A stretch of DNA of 64,000 nucleotides from Patescibacteria group bacterium. Lineage in GTDB: Bacteria; Patescibacteriota; Patescibacteriia; UBA9570. A model generated the notes under the pieces. The model was not told where the DNA came from. It saw nothing but the letters and a program-made list of their open reading frames with translations, and made no database searches. Of this stretch, positions 9,707-21,704 are shown in pieces. The first letter of the stretch is position 1. Every line of letters begins with the position of its first letter. A program made the translations under genes and the position numbers. The stretch covers positions 1,226-65,225 of the forward strand of contig JAJRVJ010000009.1 in the NCBI GenBank assembly GCA_024277435.1, written 5' to 3'.

Positions 9707-10721
9707 GGGATGTATCTTTATACTTTTTTAGCTCCTTTTTAAGTTCGATCATCTTTTCTTCACGTCCAACAGAATGTTTCGCAAACTTCTGTAACTGTGT
9801 ATTTAATTTTGAAATTGAAACATACCTCCATGCAACCATCATAATCATCACCACTCCAATCATTATGCCAGCAAAAGATGCTACGCGCGCTGCCGTCCAA
9901 TATGGCGCTGGTTCTGCGAACCATTTCACATACATTTCATGATACTCTTCTGTTTCTAAAAACTGTCTAAGCGCTTGATCGAGGCGTTGCTGTAATTCAA
10001 CATCTCCCTCTGCAACGGCAATGCCTCTCTTTATTTCTTCAAGCGGCTCGCCAACAACTTGAATTTTATCACTCAAGCCAGTATCTTCTGTAAGTCGTAA
10101 CATCACCGGCTGTGGATATGCTAGCGCATCAACATTGCCCGATAATAATTCAAAAAAAGCATCGTATGGATGTTGAAATACTTCAAAATACATCCCTTTA
10201 TTCTGCAGTAAGGTTACAGCAACATTCTCCTCAACAATAGCAACGTGCTTACCACGCAAATCATCAACGCTTTCGATTCCCTTACTATCTGCTCGAACAA
10301 ATATAGACACACTAAATGCCTCCATTGGAATAGTAAAATCTAAATATTCATCACGCTCATCAGTGATGCCAATATTTGGGATCACATCGGCCTCGCCGTC
10401 ACGCATTACCTGTAATACCTCGGACCATGTCTCCTCTATTTGATAGGTTAGATTGATATTCGCACGCTTAGCCACCTCATTCATTACATCAATGGCAAAC
10501 CCATATGGCTCACCTAATTCGTCTATAGAATATTGCGGTGGAAATAATTTTGGTATCACAGCAATAACATCAATTTCTTCCATAACATCACCTGTAGCCA
10601 CTGTCTCGTCTTTATCATGGGCAGCAAAAATAACATGTGGAGCACTAAATAACGCTATAGAAACACAAACAAATACAATACTAGCTATTGTATAATTAAA
10701 TTTTGTAAGCTCATTTGTCAT
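9699..10721 (-). CDS. Periplasmic solute-binding (SBP family 3 / amino-acid-binding-like) sensor domain + TM + coiled-coil (N-terminal fragment of sensor kinase)
   Basis: Signal/TM anchor, PBPb-type domain, C-terminal TM (FAGIMIGVVMIMMVAW) and a coiled-coil. Overlaps the next ORF by 8 nt in another frame. Confidence 0.7.
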   Translation of the reverse strand: MTNELTKFNYTIASIVFVCVSIALFSAPHVIFAAHDKDETVATGDVMEEIDVIAVIPKLFPPQYSIDELGEPYGFAIDVMNEVAKRANINLTYQIEETWSEVLQVMRDGEADVIPNIGITDERDEYLDFTIPMEAFSVSIFVRADSKGIESVDDLRGKHVAIVEENVAVTLLQNKGMYFEVFQHPYDAFFELLSGNVDALAYPQPVMLRLTEDTGLSDKIQVVGEPLEEIKRGIAVAEGDVELQQRLDQALRQFLETEEYHEMYVKWFAEPAPYWTAARVASFAGIMIGVVMIMMVAWRYVSISKLNTQLQKFAKHSVGREEKMIELKKELKKYKDTSLD

Positions 10722-10889
10722 CTCGAAAAATCTTATCGAGTTATTCCTGCAGCATGCTCTATGCTATGCAGTATATCACTTCATATTTGCGTGGCAAATA
10801 AAACCCCCGCTCAAACTCATCCCTCTTCTCTACATACATCAATATAGTATATGTACAGGAAAGGACCGGAAGATACGTGGATCAATCCA

Positions 10890-11370
10890 CTATTCTCGAC
10901 GTCCGGCTGGAACACAATCAAGATAGCTCCTAGCTCCATCGAGGTAGATCCGCCAGCGGCCCTCATAGAAGGCCTGACTGAACTCGATCTCCTCGCGGGT
11001 GTAGTGCTTGTAACGCTTCAGCAAGGCGTCAATATCCTTGACCAGGCCAAAGTACAGATGGGTACAGAGGTGAATCCTCTCCAGCTGCCTGCCAACAGTT
11101 ATCTGCGGATCAATGTCTCCCTGCTCGGTCAACTGCTGCGTTCAAGATGCAGATGTAGGCTTCAGCCGTAAGAGGCTTCGTGTTCTTAGCGAGGTCGATA
11201 AGCCGCCGTATGACGCAGATGTAGCGTCCCTTCGTGCGACAAGTGTGGGAGGTGCGGAACTTCCCACTCTTGCGGAACATCTCCTCAGCAACGAGAATCT
11301 GCACATCTTCAAGAGTAATGCGATCCATGATGTAAATTCCTTTGGGAATGTGCGGTATCAAGTGAAACAA
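10890..11370 (-). pseudogene. GC-rich island carrying a frameshifted ~165-aa ORF of unknown family (foreign-looking remnant)
   Basis: Composition at 10860-11340 is clearly more GC-rich than the flanks. Two overlapping minus-strand ORFs (11370-11110 and 11132-10890) would join by a 1-nt shift near 11125. Confidence 0.4.
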
Positions 11371-11475
11371 AAGCGATTCAAATGACTATGCAGTATAGTT
11401 AATTAGCGTATAATGTAAATTTAATAATTATATATAGTAAATATTGAATATTTTTAGCTAACATTATATAATTAT

Positions 11476-11507
11476 TTGTAATAATATTTATTACAACATT
11501 ATATAAT
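11476..11507 (+). promoter_or_regulatory. Putative sigma70-like promoter for the TrmB-family regulator, embedded in two direct repeats aacattatataat (11460 and 11495)
   Basis: TTGTAA ... TATAAT/TTATAT 12-20 nt upstream of the ATG. Direct repeat and ATTATT-N3-AATAAT dyad in the same AT-rich spacer. Confidence 0.3.
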
Positions 11508-11518
11508 AATCTCAAGAC

Positions 11519-12289
11519 ATGAAGTTAGATGAAGTAAAAAAACTTGTAGAAAGCATTGGATTATCCGATAAAGAAGCCTCCGTATATTTATCTCTATTAT
11601 CTTTTGATTACTTAAAAGTGTCTGATTTAGCCAAAAAAGTCGATATTCACCGAGTTGCACTATATGCAGTACTGGATAACTTAATTCAAAAGGGCTTAGC
11701 TAATAAATTCAAAAAAAGTGGCGCAACTTACTTTAGCGCCTTATCCCCTAAGCGACTGTTAAACTACATGGATCGTGAACGTGAAGATATGGAGGCTCGA
11801 TACGAAAAGCAACGCAAATTATTAGAAGAAATGATCCCTAAAATAGAATCTACTCGATTTGAACAAAGTGATAAGCCGCACGTCCAGTTTTATGAAGGAA
11901 AAAAAGGTATGCGTGAAGCCTACGAAGATACACTCACTGCCCAAGAAACTATTAGAGCATATGCCAATGTACAAACCATGCACGAAGCATTACCAAATTT
12001 CTTTCCAAAATATTATAAACGCCGTACCGACGCTAAAATCGCGATCCGTGCAATTATGCCAAACAATACCGCCTCACAAGAACGCGCAGAAAAAGACCCG
12101 CAAGAATTACGCCAATCACGATTTCTTACTGATGACAATACATTTTCACCAGAGGTAAATATTTATAACAACAAAGTACTCATCACTTCATGGAAAGAAC
12201 AGATGGCTATTATTATTGAATCCAAAGAATACGCCGATCTTCAAAAAAGTATTTACGACCAACTCTGGAAATCCCTGCCAAAAAGCTAG
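11519..12289 (+). CDS. TrmB-family transcriptional regulator (HTH + sugar-binding-like C-terminal domain)
   Basis: N-terminal wHTH DKEASVYLSLLSFDYLKVSDLAKKVDIHRVALYAVLDNLIQKGLA. The length of 256 aa is typical. Confidence 0.75.
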   Translation: MKLDEVKKLVESIGLSDKEASVYLSLLSFDYLKVSDLAKKVDIHRVALYAVLDNLIQKGLANKFKKSGATYFSALSPKRLLNYMDREREDMEARYEKQRKLLEEMIPKIESTRFEQSDKPHVQFYEGKKGMREAYEDTLTAQETIRAYANVQTMHEALPNFFPKYYKRRTDAKIAIRAIMPNNTASQERAEKDPQELRQSRFLTDDNTFSPEVNIYNNKVLITSWKEQMAIIIESKEYADLQKSIYDQLWKSLPKS

Positions 12290-12295
12290 AAAAGA

Positions 12296-12326
12296 AAAAC
12301 CCTCCCCTAAGTTAGGGGGGGGTAAA
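12296..12326 (-). terminator. Intrinsic terminator of ahcY (ccctcccctaa-g-ttagggggggg)
   Basis: GC hairpin followed on the minus strand by TTTTTCTTTT. Sits between convergent genes. Confidence 0.55.
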
Positions 12327-12352
12327 TCTTATAGTGATTTTGATAAACTACT

Positions 12353-14568
<2,216 letters not shown>

Positions 14569-14573
14569 GCGTA

Positions 14574-15734
14574 TTACTGAACCGCCTTCTTAAGCTGATC
14601 AACTTTATTGGTTTGTTCCCATGGAAACTCAGGGCGACCAAAGTGACCGTATGCTGCAGTAGCTCTATAAATAGGACGCTTAAGATCTAACTCCGTAATA
14701 ATTCCAGCTGGAGTAAGATCAAATGCTTCACGTACAGCTGCCACTAATTTTTCTGCGTCCACTTTACCGGTTCCAAATGTTTCAACCATTACACTTACTG
14801 GCTCTGGGAATCCAATGGCATAGGATAATTGTACTTCACAACGATCTGCTAAATCTGCCGCTACAATGTTCTTCGCAACGTACCGTGCCATGTAGGCACC
14901 GGATCGATCTTGCTTATTTGGTACTTTTCCAGAGAAGGCCCCACCACCATGTCGTCCCATACCACCGTAGGTATCAACAATAATTTTACGACCGGTTAAT
15001 CCAGTATCGCCGTGTGGGCCGCCAATTACGAACTTACCTGTCTCATTAATATAATATGTCGTATTTTCATCTGCTAAATCACCAATTACTGGGTCAATCA
15101 CATGCTTTTTAATATCTGCTCGAACCTGCTCTAAATCCATGTCGTCATGTTGAGCAGCAATTACTACTGCATCTACGCGTACTGGTTTACCATCTTCGTA
15201 CTCTACAGTTACCTGACTTTTACCATCTGGCCGTAGGTACGCAAGGGTACCATCTTTACGAACCTCTGCTAATTTCTTCGTTAGCCCATGTGCCAACATA
15301 ATTGGCATTGGCATAAGTTCTTCTGTTTCTTTACATGCATAACCAAACATCATACCTTGATCACCAGCACCTTGCTCTTTATGATCACCCTCTTCTAATT
15401 TTTCACCTTGAGCGATTTCAGTGCTCTGTTCATCAACGGTAACCATTACACCACAACTATTGGCATCAATACCATACGCATCATCGGTATAACCAATATC
15501 GGTTAATACACCCCGAACGATACCAGGAATATCAACATATGTTTTTGTGGTGATCTCGCCACCCACTACTACTAAACCTGTTGTAGTGAACACCTCACAA
15601 CAACACGCTCCATCTGGGTCGTCTTTCAGTACTGCATCGAGTACTGCATCGGAAATTTGATCAGCAATCTTATCTGGATGCCCTTCGGTTACCGACTCCG
15701 AAGTAAATAATGTTCGTTCTTTTGAATTAGACAT
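14574..15734 (-). CDS. metK: S-adenosylmethionine synthetase
   Basis: [19 protein letters not shown] and the full MetK fold. Confidence 0.93.
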   Translation of the reverse strand: MSNSKERTLFTSESVTEGHPDKIADQISDAVLDAVLKDDPDGACCCEVFTTTGLVVVGGEITTKTYVDIPGIVRGVLTDIGYTDDAYGIDANSCGVMVTVDEQSTEIAQGEKLEEGDHKEQGAGDQGMMFGYACKETEELMPMPIMLAHGLTKKLAEVRKDGTLAYLRPDGKSQVTVEYEDGKPVRVDAVVIAAQHDDMDLEQVRADIKKHVIDPVIGDLADENTTYYINETGKFVIGGPHGDTGLTGRKIIVDTYGGMGRHGGGAFSGKVPNKQDRSGAYMARYVAKNIVAADLADRCEVQLSYAIGFPEPVSVMVETFGTGKVDAEKLVAAVREAFDLTPAGIITELDLKRPIYRATAAYGHFGRPEFPWEQTNKVDQLKKAVQ

Positions 15735-15941
15735 ATTTTACCTATCTTACGTAATTAAACGCGGTTAGGTATTGAGGCCTAGAAGTAATCGTTTATCTCG
15801 TAGAGAGCATAAGCGATGCAACCGCTAAACCTCGATATCTAAAAACCACGACGGTTAGTATAAACTAAGGTGAATAGCAGGTCAAACCCCATACTATGGC
15901 TTGTATCTTGAACGAAAAAATGACATAATAAGCAGCAGATT

Positions 15942-16619
15942 ATGCTAGAAAGCCTACAGCCATTATTCTCCACCTACACCTGGATAGATCGCCGTATTTT
16001 GAAACGAGAACTTGCTTCATTTTCTGGAAAAATTCTTGATGTTGGATGTGGCAATAAACGGCTGCAAGAATATTTACCAAGCGATACAGACTATACTGGA
16101 ATAGATTTTAATGCCGCCGCCGATATTCAAATGGATATCAGTAAAGAGCCTTATCCATTTAAAGATAATTCGTTCGACTATATTATATGCAACGCGGTAC
16201 TAGAACATGTGAAAAATGATGATTTTGTATTAAACGAAATTTATCGCGTGCTAAAGCCTGGTGGCACATTATATGTAAGCATTCCATTCATGCAACCATA
16301 TCATGCCGACCCTGATGACTTCCGTCGCTATACTGGCTATGGATTGGAGAACAAACTCAAAGAACATGGCTTTGCTGATATGCGTAGCCTAGAAGCCTAT
16401 GGAACGTTGCTTACTATTGAATATCTTGTATTCGCCGAGGTTGGAAAATATCTTGAGAATAAAAAACGGCTACTCAACCCATTCCGTTGGCTTTATCTCC
16501 TCTTGTTATTGAATGTCTACATTACCAGTAAAATTGCTTCTCTAATCCTTTATCCATTGCAAAAAAACGATTCCTACATTTCGCCCGGATCGAAATGTAT
16601 TTGCAAAAAGCCTGCATAG
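15942..16619 (+). CDS. Class I SAM-dependent methyltransferase (type 11)
   Basis: Motif I ILDVGCGNKRL and motif post-II DNSFDYIICNAVLEHV. Confidence 0.75.
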   Translation: MLESLQPLFSTYTWIDRRILKRELASFSGKILDVGCGNKRLQEYLPSDTDYTGIDFNAAADIQMDISKEPYPFKDNSFDYIICNAVLEHVKNDDFVLNEIYRVLKPGGTLYVSIPFMQPYHADPDDFRRYTGYGLENKLKEHGFADMRSLEAYGTLLTIEYLVFAEVGKYLENKKRLLNPFRWLYLLLLLNVYITSKIASLILYPLQKNDSYISPGSKCICKKPA

Positions 16620-16646
16620 TCAATACATATTGCCTAAAACAAGTAT

Positions 16647-17600
16647 TTGTGTTCAAATACAGTGGTTATGAATATAAAAATCGAGAATCCTGAAATAGCG
16701 GTCATTATACCGTGCTTAAATGAAAAAACTACAATCGCTAAAGTTGTTGGCGATTTTAAAGCTGAACTACCACAAGCAAAAATATATGTGTACGACAATG
16801 GCTCAACCGACAATTCAGTTGAGCTAGCAGAAAACGCTGGAGCAATTGTTCGAGTAGAGCCACATAAGGGTAAAGGAAATGTTGTGCGCCGGATGTTCGA
16901 GGAAATTGAAGCTGACATCTATATTATGATTGATGGTGACGATACATATCCGGCGAAAGAAGTGCATCATCTGTTAAAACCAGTTGTAGAAGAAGGTGTA
17001 GATATGGTTGTGGGTGATCGCTTGGCACATACCGAGAATCATAAAGATAGTATTAGTTGGCTACATCAATTAGGAAACAAATTTTTTCTATTGATGCTTA
17101 ATACATTATTTCGATCAAACTTCAAAGACATTCTCTCTGGGTATCGTGTAATGAATCGCGACTTTGTAAAGAATATTCCATTACTCGCTCAAGAATTTGA
17201 AGTTGAAACAGAAATGACAATTCAAGCATTAGAGCGCCGATACATTGTTGTAGAACGACCAATTCATTATCGATCTAGACCAGACGGCAGTGAATCGAAA
17301 GTAAATACTTTCCGAGACGGTTTCAAAATTCTGTTTACCATTGTGTGGATCTTGCGTGATTATCGACCGATGACATTCTTTAGTATAGTAGCTGGTGGAT
17401 TTCTTGGAACCGGCATGATATTAGGCTCAGTAATTATTCAAGAATTTATTCAAACAGGTGAGGTATTACGCATGCCAACAGCATTATTATCTATTGGCCT
17501 TGTGTTAATTGGTGTATTTGTATGGTTAACTGGATTTATGATAAGCACAATTAACCGACGCTTTAACGAACTCGACACGTTAATGAAAAAACGCCGCTAA
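16647..17600 (+). CDS. GT2 polyprenyl-phosphate glycosyltransferase (GtrB/ArnC/DPM1-like) with C-terminal TM helices
   Basis: IAVIIPCLNE...YVYDNGSTDNS...DGDDTY plus two C-terminal TM segments. The true start is probably the internal Met at about 16668. Confidence 0.8.
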   Translation: MCSNTVVMNIKIENPEIAVIIPCLNEKTTIAKVVGDFKAELPQAKIYVYDNGSTDNSVELAENAGAIVRVEPHKGKGNVVRRMFEEIEADIYIMIDGDDTYPAKEVHHLLKPVVEEGVDMVVGDRLAHTENHKDSISWLHQLGNKFFLLMLNTLFRSNFKDILSGYRVMNRDFVKNIPLLAQEFEVETEMTIQALERRYIVVERPIHYRSRPDGSESKVNTFRDGFKILFTIVWILRDYRPMTFFSIVAGGFLGTGMILGSVIIQEFIQTGEVLRMPTALLSIGLVLIGVFVWLTGFMISTINRRFNELDTLMKKRR

Positions 17601-17614
17601 CCCTAAAGGTACAT

Positions 17615-18727
17615 ATGCGCGTTTGCATCATCACTCCGTTTTTTAACGAATATCCAAATGCCATGGCCAGTGCTGAAAAAATGGCCAAGGCATTATCCGA
17701 GCAACACACCGTAACTGTATATACTAGCCGCACATATAATGCTGCTGCAATAGAACAATTAGATAACGTACACATTGAACGCTTACCTGCCTGGTACATT
17801 CCAGAGCCAGCTAATTATGTGTTTACACGTGGCTTGATTCGTAGACTCTGGAAACACCGTAATGATTTTGATATATTTATTATCAATAAATATATGTGGC
17901 CAGTTGCGTGGTCTACTATATTTCTGAAGCTATTAGGCAAACCGGTGATTTTGGCGACCGATGCGTTTCAAGGTTACGATTGGTGGAGCTGGTCCAAACC
18001 AGTTAATACCATTATGTGGTTGTATGCCAGAACCATCGGCTTAGTTGTTCTAAAACTAGCTGATACAGTTGTGTTATTTCATCAGGGCCTCGTAACACGA
18101 GCCAAAGCATTAACACTTCCCTTTCAAGTAATTCATAATGGCATTCATGCAGAGAATTTTCACAACGCCCAGCCAGCTAAAGATATTCGCGATAATAAAA
18201 ATCAAATAATTATTACCTATATAGGCAGGCTTGATAAAATTAAAGGCTATCTTGATTTCTTAACAGTTGCTAAAAAATTAGCCTCAAGCAATGTGCAGTA
18301 TAAATTTGTGGTAGTAGGCAATACACATAATCGTGAAGAAGTGATGAAACAATATAGTAACAAACAAATTGTATTTACAGGTGTACGCAAAGATATTCCT
18401 GCGGTACTAGCCGTCAGCGATATGTTGATACTACCAACCTATGGTGATGGATTGCCAAATGTAATAATGGAAGCAATGGCTGCCGGACTTCCATGTATTG
18501 GAACAAATATTAATGGCCTACCCTATTTAATTGAAGATTCCGTAACTGGATTTACTATTAGCCCAGGCGATACTAAAGCGTTAGAAGAAAAAATTCAGCG
18601 ATTAGCTAATAATAAAGAGTTGAGAGAACATATGGGGGTAGCTGGCTATAAAAAGATTATGCGAGAATTTAATTGGGAGTATATTGTTAAAGAATACAGC
18701 GAACTATTTGGCAACCTTACGAACTAG
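17615..18727 (+). CDS. GT4 (GT-B fold, group 1) glycosyltransferase
   Basis: C-terminal GDGLPNVIMEAMAAGLPCIGTNINGLPYLIEDSVTGF. Confidence 0.8.
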   Translation: MRVCIITPFFNEYPNAMASAEKMAKALSEQHTVTVYTSRTYNAAAIEQLDNVHIERLPAWYIPEPANYVFTRGLIRRLWKHRNDFDIFIINKYMWPVAWSTIFLKLLGKPVILATDAFQGYDWWSWSKPVNTIMWLYARTIGLVVLKLADTVVLFHQGLVTRAKALTLPFQVIHNGIHAENFHNAQPAKDIRDNKNQIIITYIGRLDKIKGYLDFLTVAKKLASSNVQYKFVVVGNTHNREEVMKQYSNKQIVFTGVRKDIPAVLAVSDMLILPTYGDGLPNVIMEAMAAGLPCIGTNINGLPYLIEDSVTGFTISPGDTKALEEKIQRLANNKELREHMGVAGYKKIMREFNWEYIVKEYSELFGNLTN

Positions 18728-18746
18728 CTGATATACTAGTTCTGGT

Positions 18747-19814
18747 ATGAAAATCATCCATCTTATTACCGGACTCACTGTGGGAGGAGCCGAACAGATG
18801 TTATTGAAAACTGTTCCCTATTTACAGGGCGAACACGTTGTTATTAGTATTATTCCGCAAGCAAAAATTGGTGAGGAATTAGAAGCAGCTGGAGTAGATG
18901 TACGATATTTGAATTTACACTCAATGCTAGACATCCACGCACCTTTTAAGCTCTATAAAATATTACGTACCGAGCAACCCAATATTCTTATTACCTATTT
19001 ATTACACGCCGATATTCTCGGTCGCTTGATTGGAAAACTCGCTCGCGTGCCAAAAATTATTTCCTCCATACGATGTGCTCATAAAGATAAGAAATTCTTT
19101 GTATGGCTATCCAAGCTAACCGCCAACCTTGCTGACCACTACGTGGCAGTATCTCATGAAGTATGCACATGGACACAACAACGCCTCAATGTGCCAGCAG
19201 AAAACATCACTGTAATTCATAATGGAATTCTATTGCCTGAACTAAATAGCGCTAAACCAGTAACTGATGTTCCAAAAGATACCATCACTCTTACATTTAT
19301 AGGAAGATTAGATGCGCAAAAAGGCTTACAATATTTAATACAAGCTGCAGAAATTCTACAATCACACGCTTCGCCATGGACATTACTACTTATTGGTGAT
19401 GGACCTGAGCGAAAAAATATTGAGCAACAAATCAAAGCAAAAAAATTATCTAACGTACGCCTCCTAGGATTCCGGCGTGATGTACCGGCTATTCTGCAGC
19501 AATCTGATATCTTCGTATCACCTACATTATTTGAAGGAATCTCTAACGCCATTATGGAAGCCATGAGTTATTCTCTGTCAGTAGTTACAACCGATATTCC
19601 TGAAAATCGTGAATTGATTGATCATGAAAAGAATGGTATAGTTGTTCCGGTTCGCAGCGGCTCTGCACTAGCCGAAGCCCTGCAATTATTGATGAATAAC
19701 GCAGAAATGCGACATACACTAGGAACGGCAGCACGTAAAACCATCGAATATGATTTTAGTATCGAACATACTCGAGAGCAATTAAATACTCTCTTTAATT
19801 CACACAGCAAATAA
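18747..19814 (+). CDS. GT4 glycosyltransferase
   Basis: MKIIHLITGLTVGGAEQ... N-terminus and an EGISNAIMEAMSYSLSVVTTDIPENRELI C-terminal motif. Confidence 0.8.
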   Translation: MKIIHLITGLTVGGAEQMLLKTVPYLQGEHVVISIIPQAKIGEELEAAGVDVRYLNLHSMLDIHAPFKLYKILRTEQPNILITYLLHADILGRLIGKLARVPKIISSIRCAHKDKKFFVWLSKLTANLADHYVAVSHEVCTWTQQRLNVPAENITVIHNGILLPELNSAKPVTDVPKDTITLTFIGRLDAQKGLQYLIQAAEILQSHASPWTLLLIGDGPERKNIEQQIKAKKLSNVRLLGFRRDVPAILQQSDIFVSPTLFEGISNAIMEAMSYSLSVVTTDIPENRELIDHEKNGIVVPVRSGSALAEALQLLMNNAEMRHTLGTAARKTIEYDFSIEHTREQLNTLFNSHSK

Positions 19815-19820
19815 TACTCT

Positions 19821-21704
19821 ATGTGCGGAATAGCCGGCAAACTCTATTTTAACCAAGACAGCAATATTCATTCCGATGAATTAGATTTGATGCTTAACGA
19901 AATTAAGCATCGCGGACCTGATGATCAAGGAATTGAAACATTTGGAAATGTAGCGCTTGGTCAACGCCGTCTTTCTATTATTGATCTATCGCCTGCTGGA
20001 CATAATCCAATGAGTAACGCGGATGGCACTGTGTGGATTACCTTTAACGGTGAAATTTTCAATCATACAGATTATCGTCCTGAATTAGAAAAAAAAGGAT
20101 ACAAATTTAAATCCCAAACCGATACCGAAGTTATCTTGTACCTCTATGAAGAATATGGCGAAGAGTGCTTACAATATTTGCGTGGCTTTTTTGCATTTGC
20201 TATTTGGGATGCGCCAAAGAAAAAATTATTTATCGCTCGTGACCGGGTTGGTAAAAAACCATTAAAATATTATCTTACCGATACACAATTATCATTTGCC
20301 TCAGAACTTAAAGCTATCTTGGCCGACCCTTCCGTTCCACGTGAAGTTGATGAAGAAGCCATCCATCATTACTTAACCTTAGAATACGTTCAGCATCCAC
20401 AAACTGGCTTCAAACATATTAAAAAACTACCACCAGCTCACTACATGGTGGTACAAGATGGCAAAGTAGAAATTAAACGTTACTGGAAACTTGATTACAG
20501 CAAGAAGCTTGATTTACCCGAAGAAGAATGGATTGAACGCATTCAAGATAAATTAAGTGAAGCCACAAAATTACGCCTCATGAGTGATGTACCGCTTGGC
20601 GCCTTTCTTAGTGGTGGGGTAGATTCCAGTGCAGTAGTGGCCATAATGGCTAAACATACTACTGGACGCGTAAAAACCTTTACCATTGGCTTCAATGAAG
20701 CCTCGCATGATGAATCAGACTACGCACGAATGATTGCTGAAAAATTCAATACCGAACATACAGAATTTATTGTTGAACCTAAATCTGTTGAACTATTTCC
20801 AAAATTAGCCTGGCAGTACGAAGAGCCATTTGCCGATCCTTCCGCCATTCCCTCATACTATCTTGCGGAATTAACTCGTAAGCACGTAACTGTTGCCCTT
20901 AACGGTGATGGTGGCGATGAAAATTTTGCTGGCTACGGACGGTACGATTATCACTTACTCGGGAAACGCTATGAAAAAATTCCTCGCTGGATCCGACAAG
21001 GTATTATTGCAAATAGCACATCTATTGCAAGTAAACTGATTAAAACTACATTCTTCGATAGAGCTAACCGCTTTGCGCAATCCGTGGCTGATACACCAGA
21101 ACGCCGCTACTACAATTATATTTGTTATTTCACTACCGAACAGAAAAAAGAAATTTACACTGAAGAGTTTTGGAATAAAATGAAGGATAAAGAAACGCAA
21201 GATATTCTCGCAGAACTTGCACAACATGCTGGCAATGATGACTATCTTGACAAAACACTCTATACAGATTTCAACTCGTATCTACCAAATGCGTTAATGG
21301 CAAAAGTAGATATTGCCACTATGGCACATTCACTTGAGGGGCGCTCGCCGTTACTTGATCACGAATTACTTGAACTCTCTGCACAAATTCCTTCCAACTT
21401 AAAAATAAAAAATGGTGAGAAGAAATATATTCTTAAAAAATCTTTAGAGGGTATTCTTCCAAATGAAATTCTATATCGACCTAAAATGGGTTTTGGCGTT
21501 CCGTTAGTACATTGGTTCCGCGATGAACTAAAAGACTACATGTATGATGTGATCATGAATGGTGAAGCCATTAAGCGGGGATATTTAGATAAAAATAAAG
21601 TGCAGAAATTACTTGATACTCATGCAAATACTAAAGTGGATTACGCTAATCACATCTGGGCACTCATTATGTTAGAACACTGGTTTGCCACTTGGTTTAA
21701 ATAG
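19821..21704 (+). CDS. asnB: Asparagine synthetase (glutamine-hydrolysing), WbpS-like amidotransferase in glycan locus
   Basis: N-terminal MCGIAG nucleophile and a PP-loop SGGVDSS. Confidence 0.88.
   Translation: MCGIAGKLYFNQDSNIHSDELDLMLNEIKHRGPDDQGIETFGNVALGQRRLSIIDLSPAGHNPMSNADGTVWITFNGEIFNHTDYRPELEKKGYKFKSQTDTEVILYLYEEYGEECLQYLRGFFAFAIWDAPKKKLFIARDRVGKKPLKYYLTDTQLSFASELKAILADPSVPREVDEEAIHHYLTLEYVQHPQTGFKHIKKLPPAHYMVVQDGKVEIKRYWKLDYSKKLDLPEEEWIERIQDKLSEATKLRLMSDVPLGAFLSGGVDSSAVVAIMAKHTTGRVKTFTIGFNEASHDESDYARMIAEKFNTEHTEFIVEPKSVELFPKLAWQYEEPFADPSAIPSYYLAELTRKHVTVALNGDGGDENFAGYGRYDYHLLGKRYEKIPRWIRQGIIANSTSIASKLIKTTFFDRANRFAQSVADTPERRYYNYICYFTTEQKKEIYTEEFWNKMKDKETQDILAELAQHAGNDDYLDKTLYTDFNSYLPNALMAKVDIATMAHSLEGRSPLLDHELLELSAQIPSNLKIKNGEKKYILKKSLEGILPNEILYRPKMGFGVPLVHWFRDELKDYMYDVIMNGEAIKRGYLDKNKVQKLLDTHANTKVDYANHIWALIMLEHWFATWFK

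Noticed and set aside
10722-11518. tRNA or integrase flanking the GC-rich island, which would indicate an integrated mobile element
   Set aside because: No cloverleaf-like tRNA signature (GTTCRANYC T-loop) or integrase or transposase ORF could be recognised in the flanks. It is called only as a compositional island with a decayed ORF.
15735-15941. SAM riboswitch in the metK leader
   Set aside because: Reading the minus-strand leader shows no SAM-I core (no ...AUCNAGAGNGGNGGAGGGA... element) nor the obvious SAM-II pseudoknot signature. It is left as unverified rather than called.
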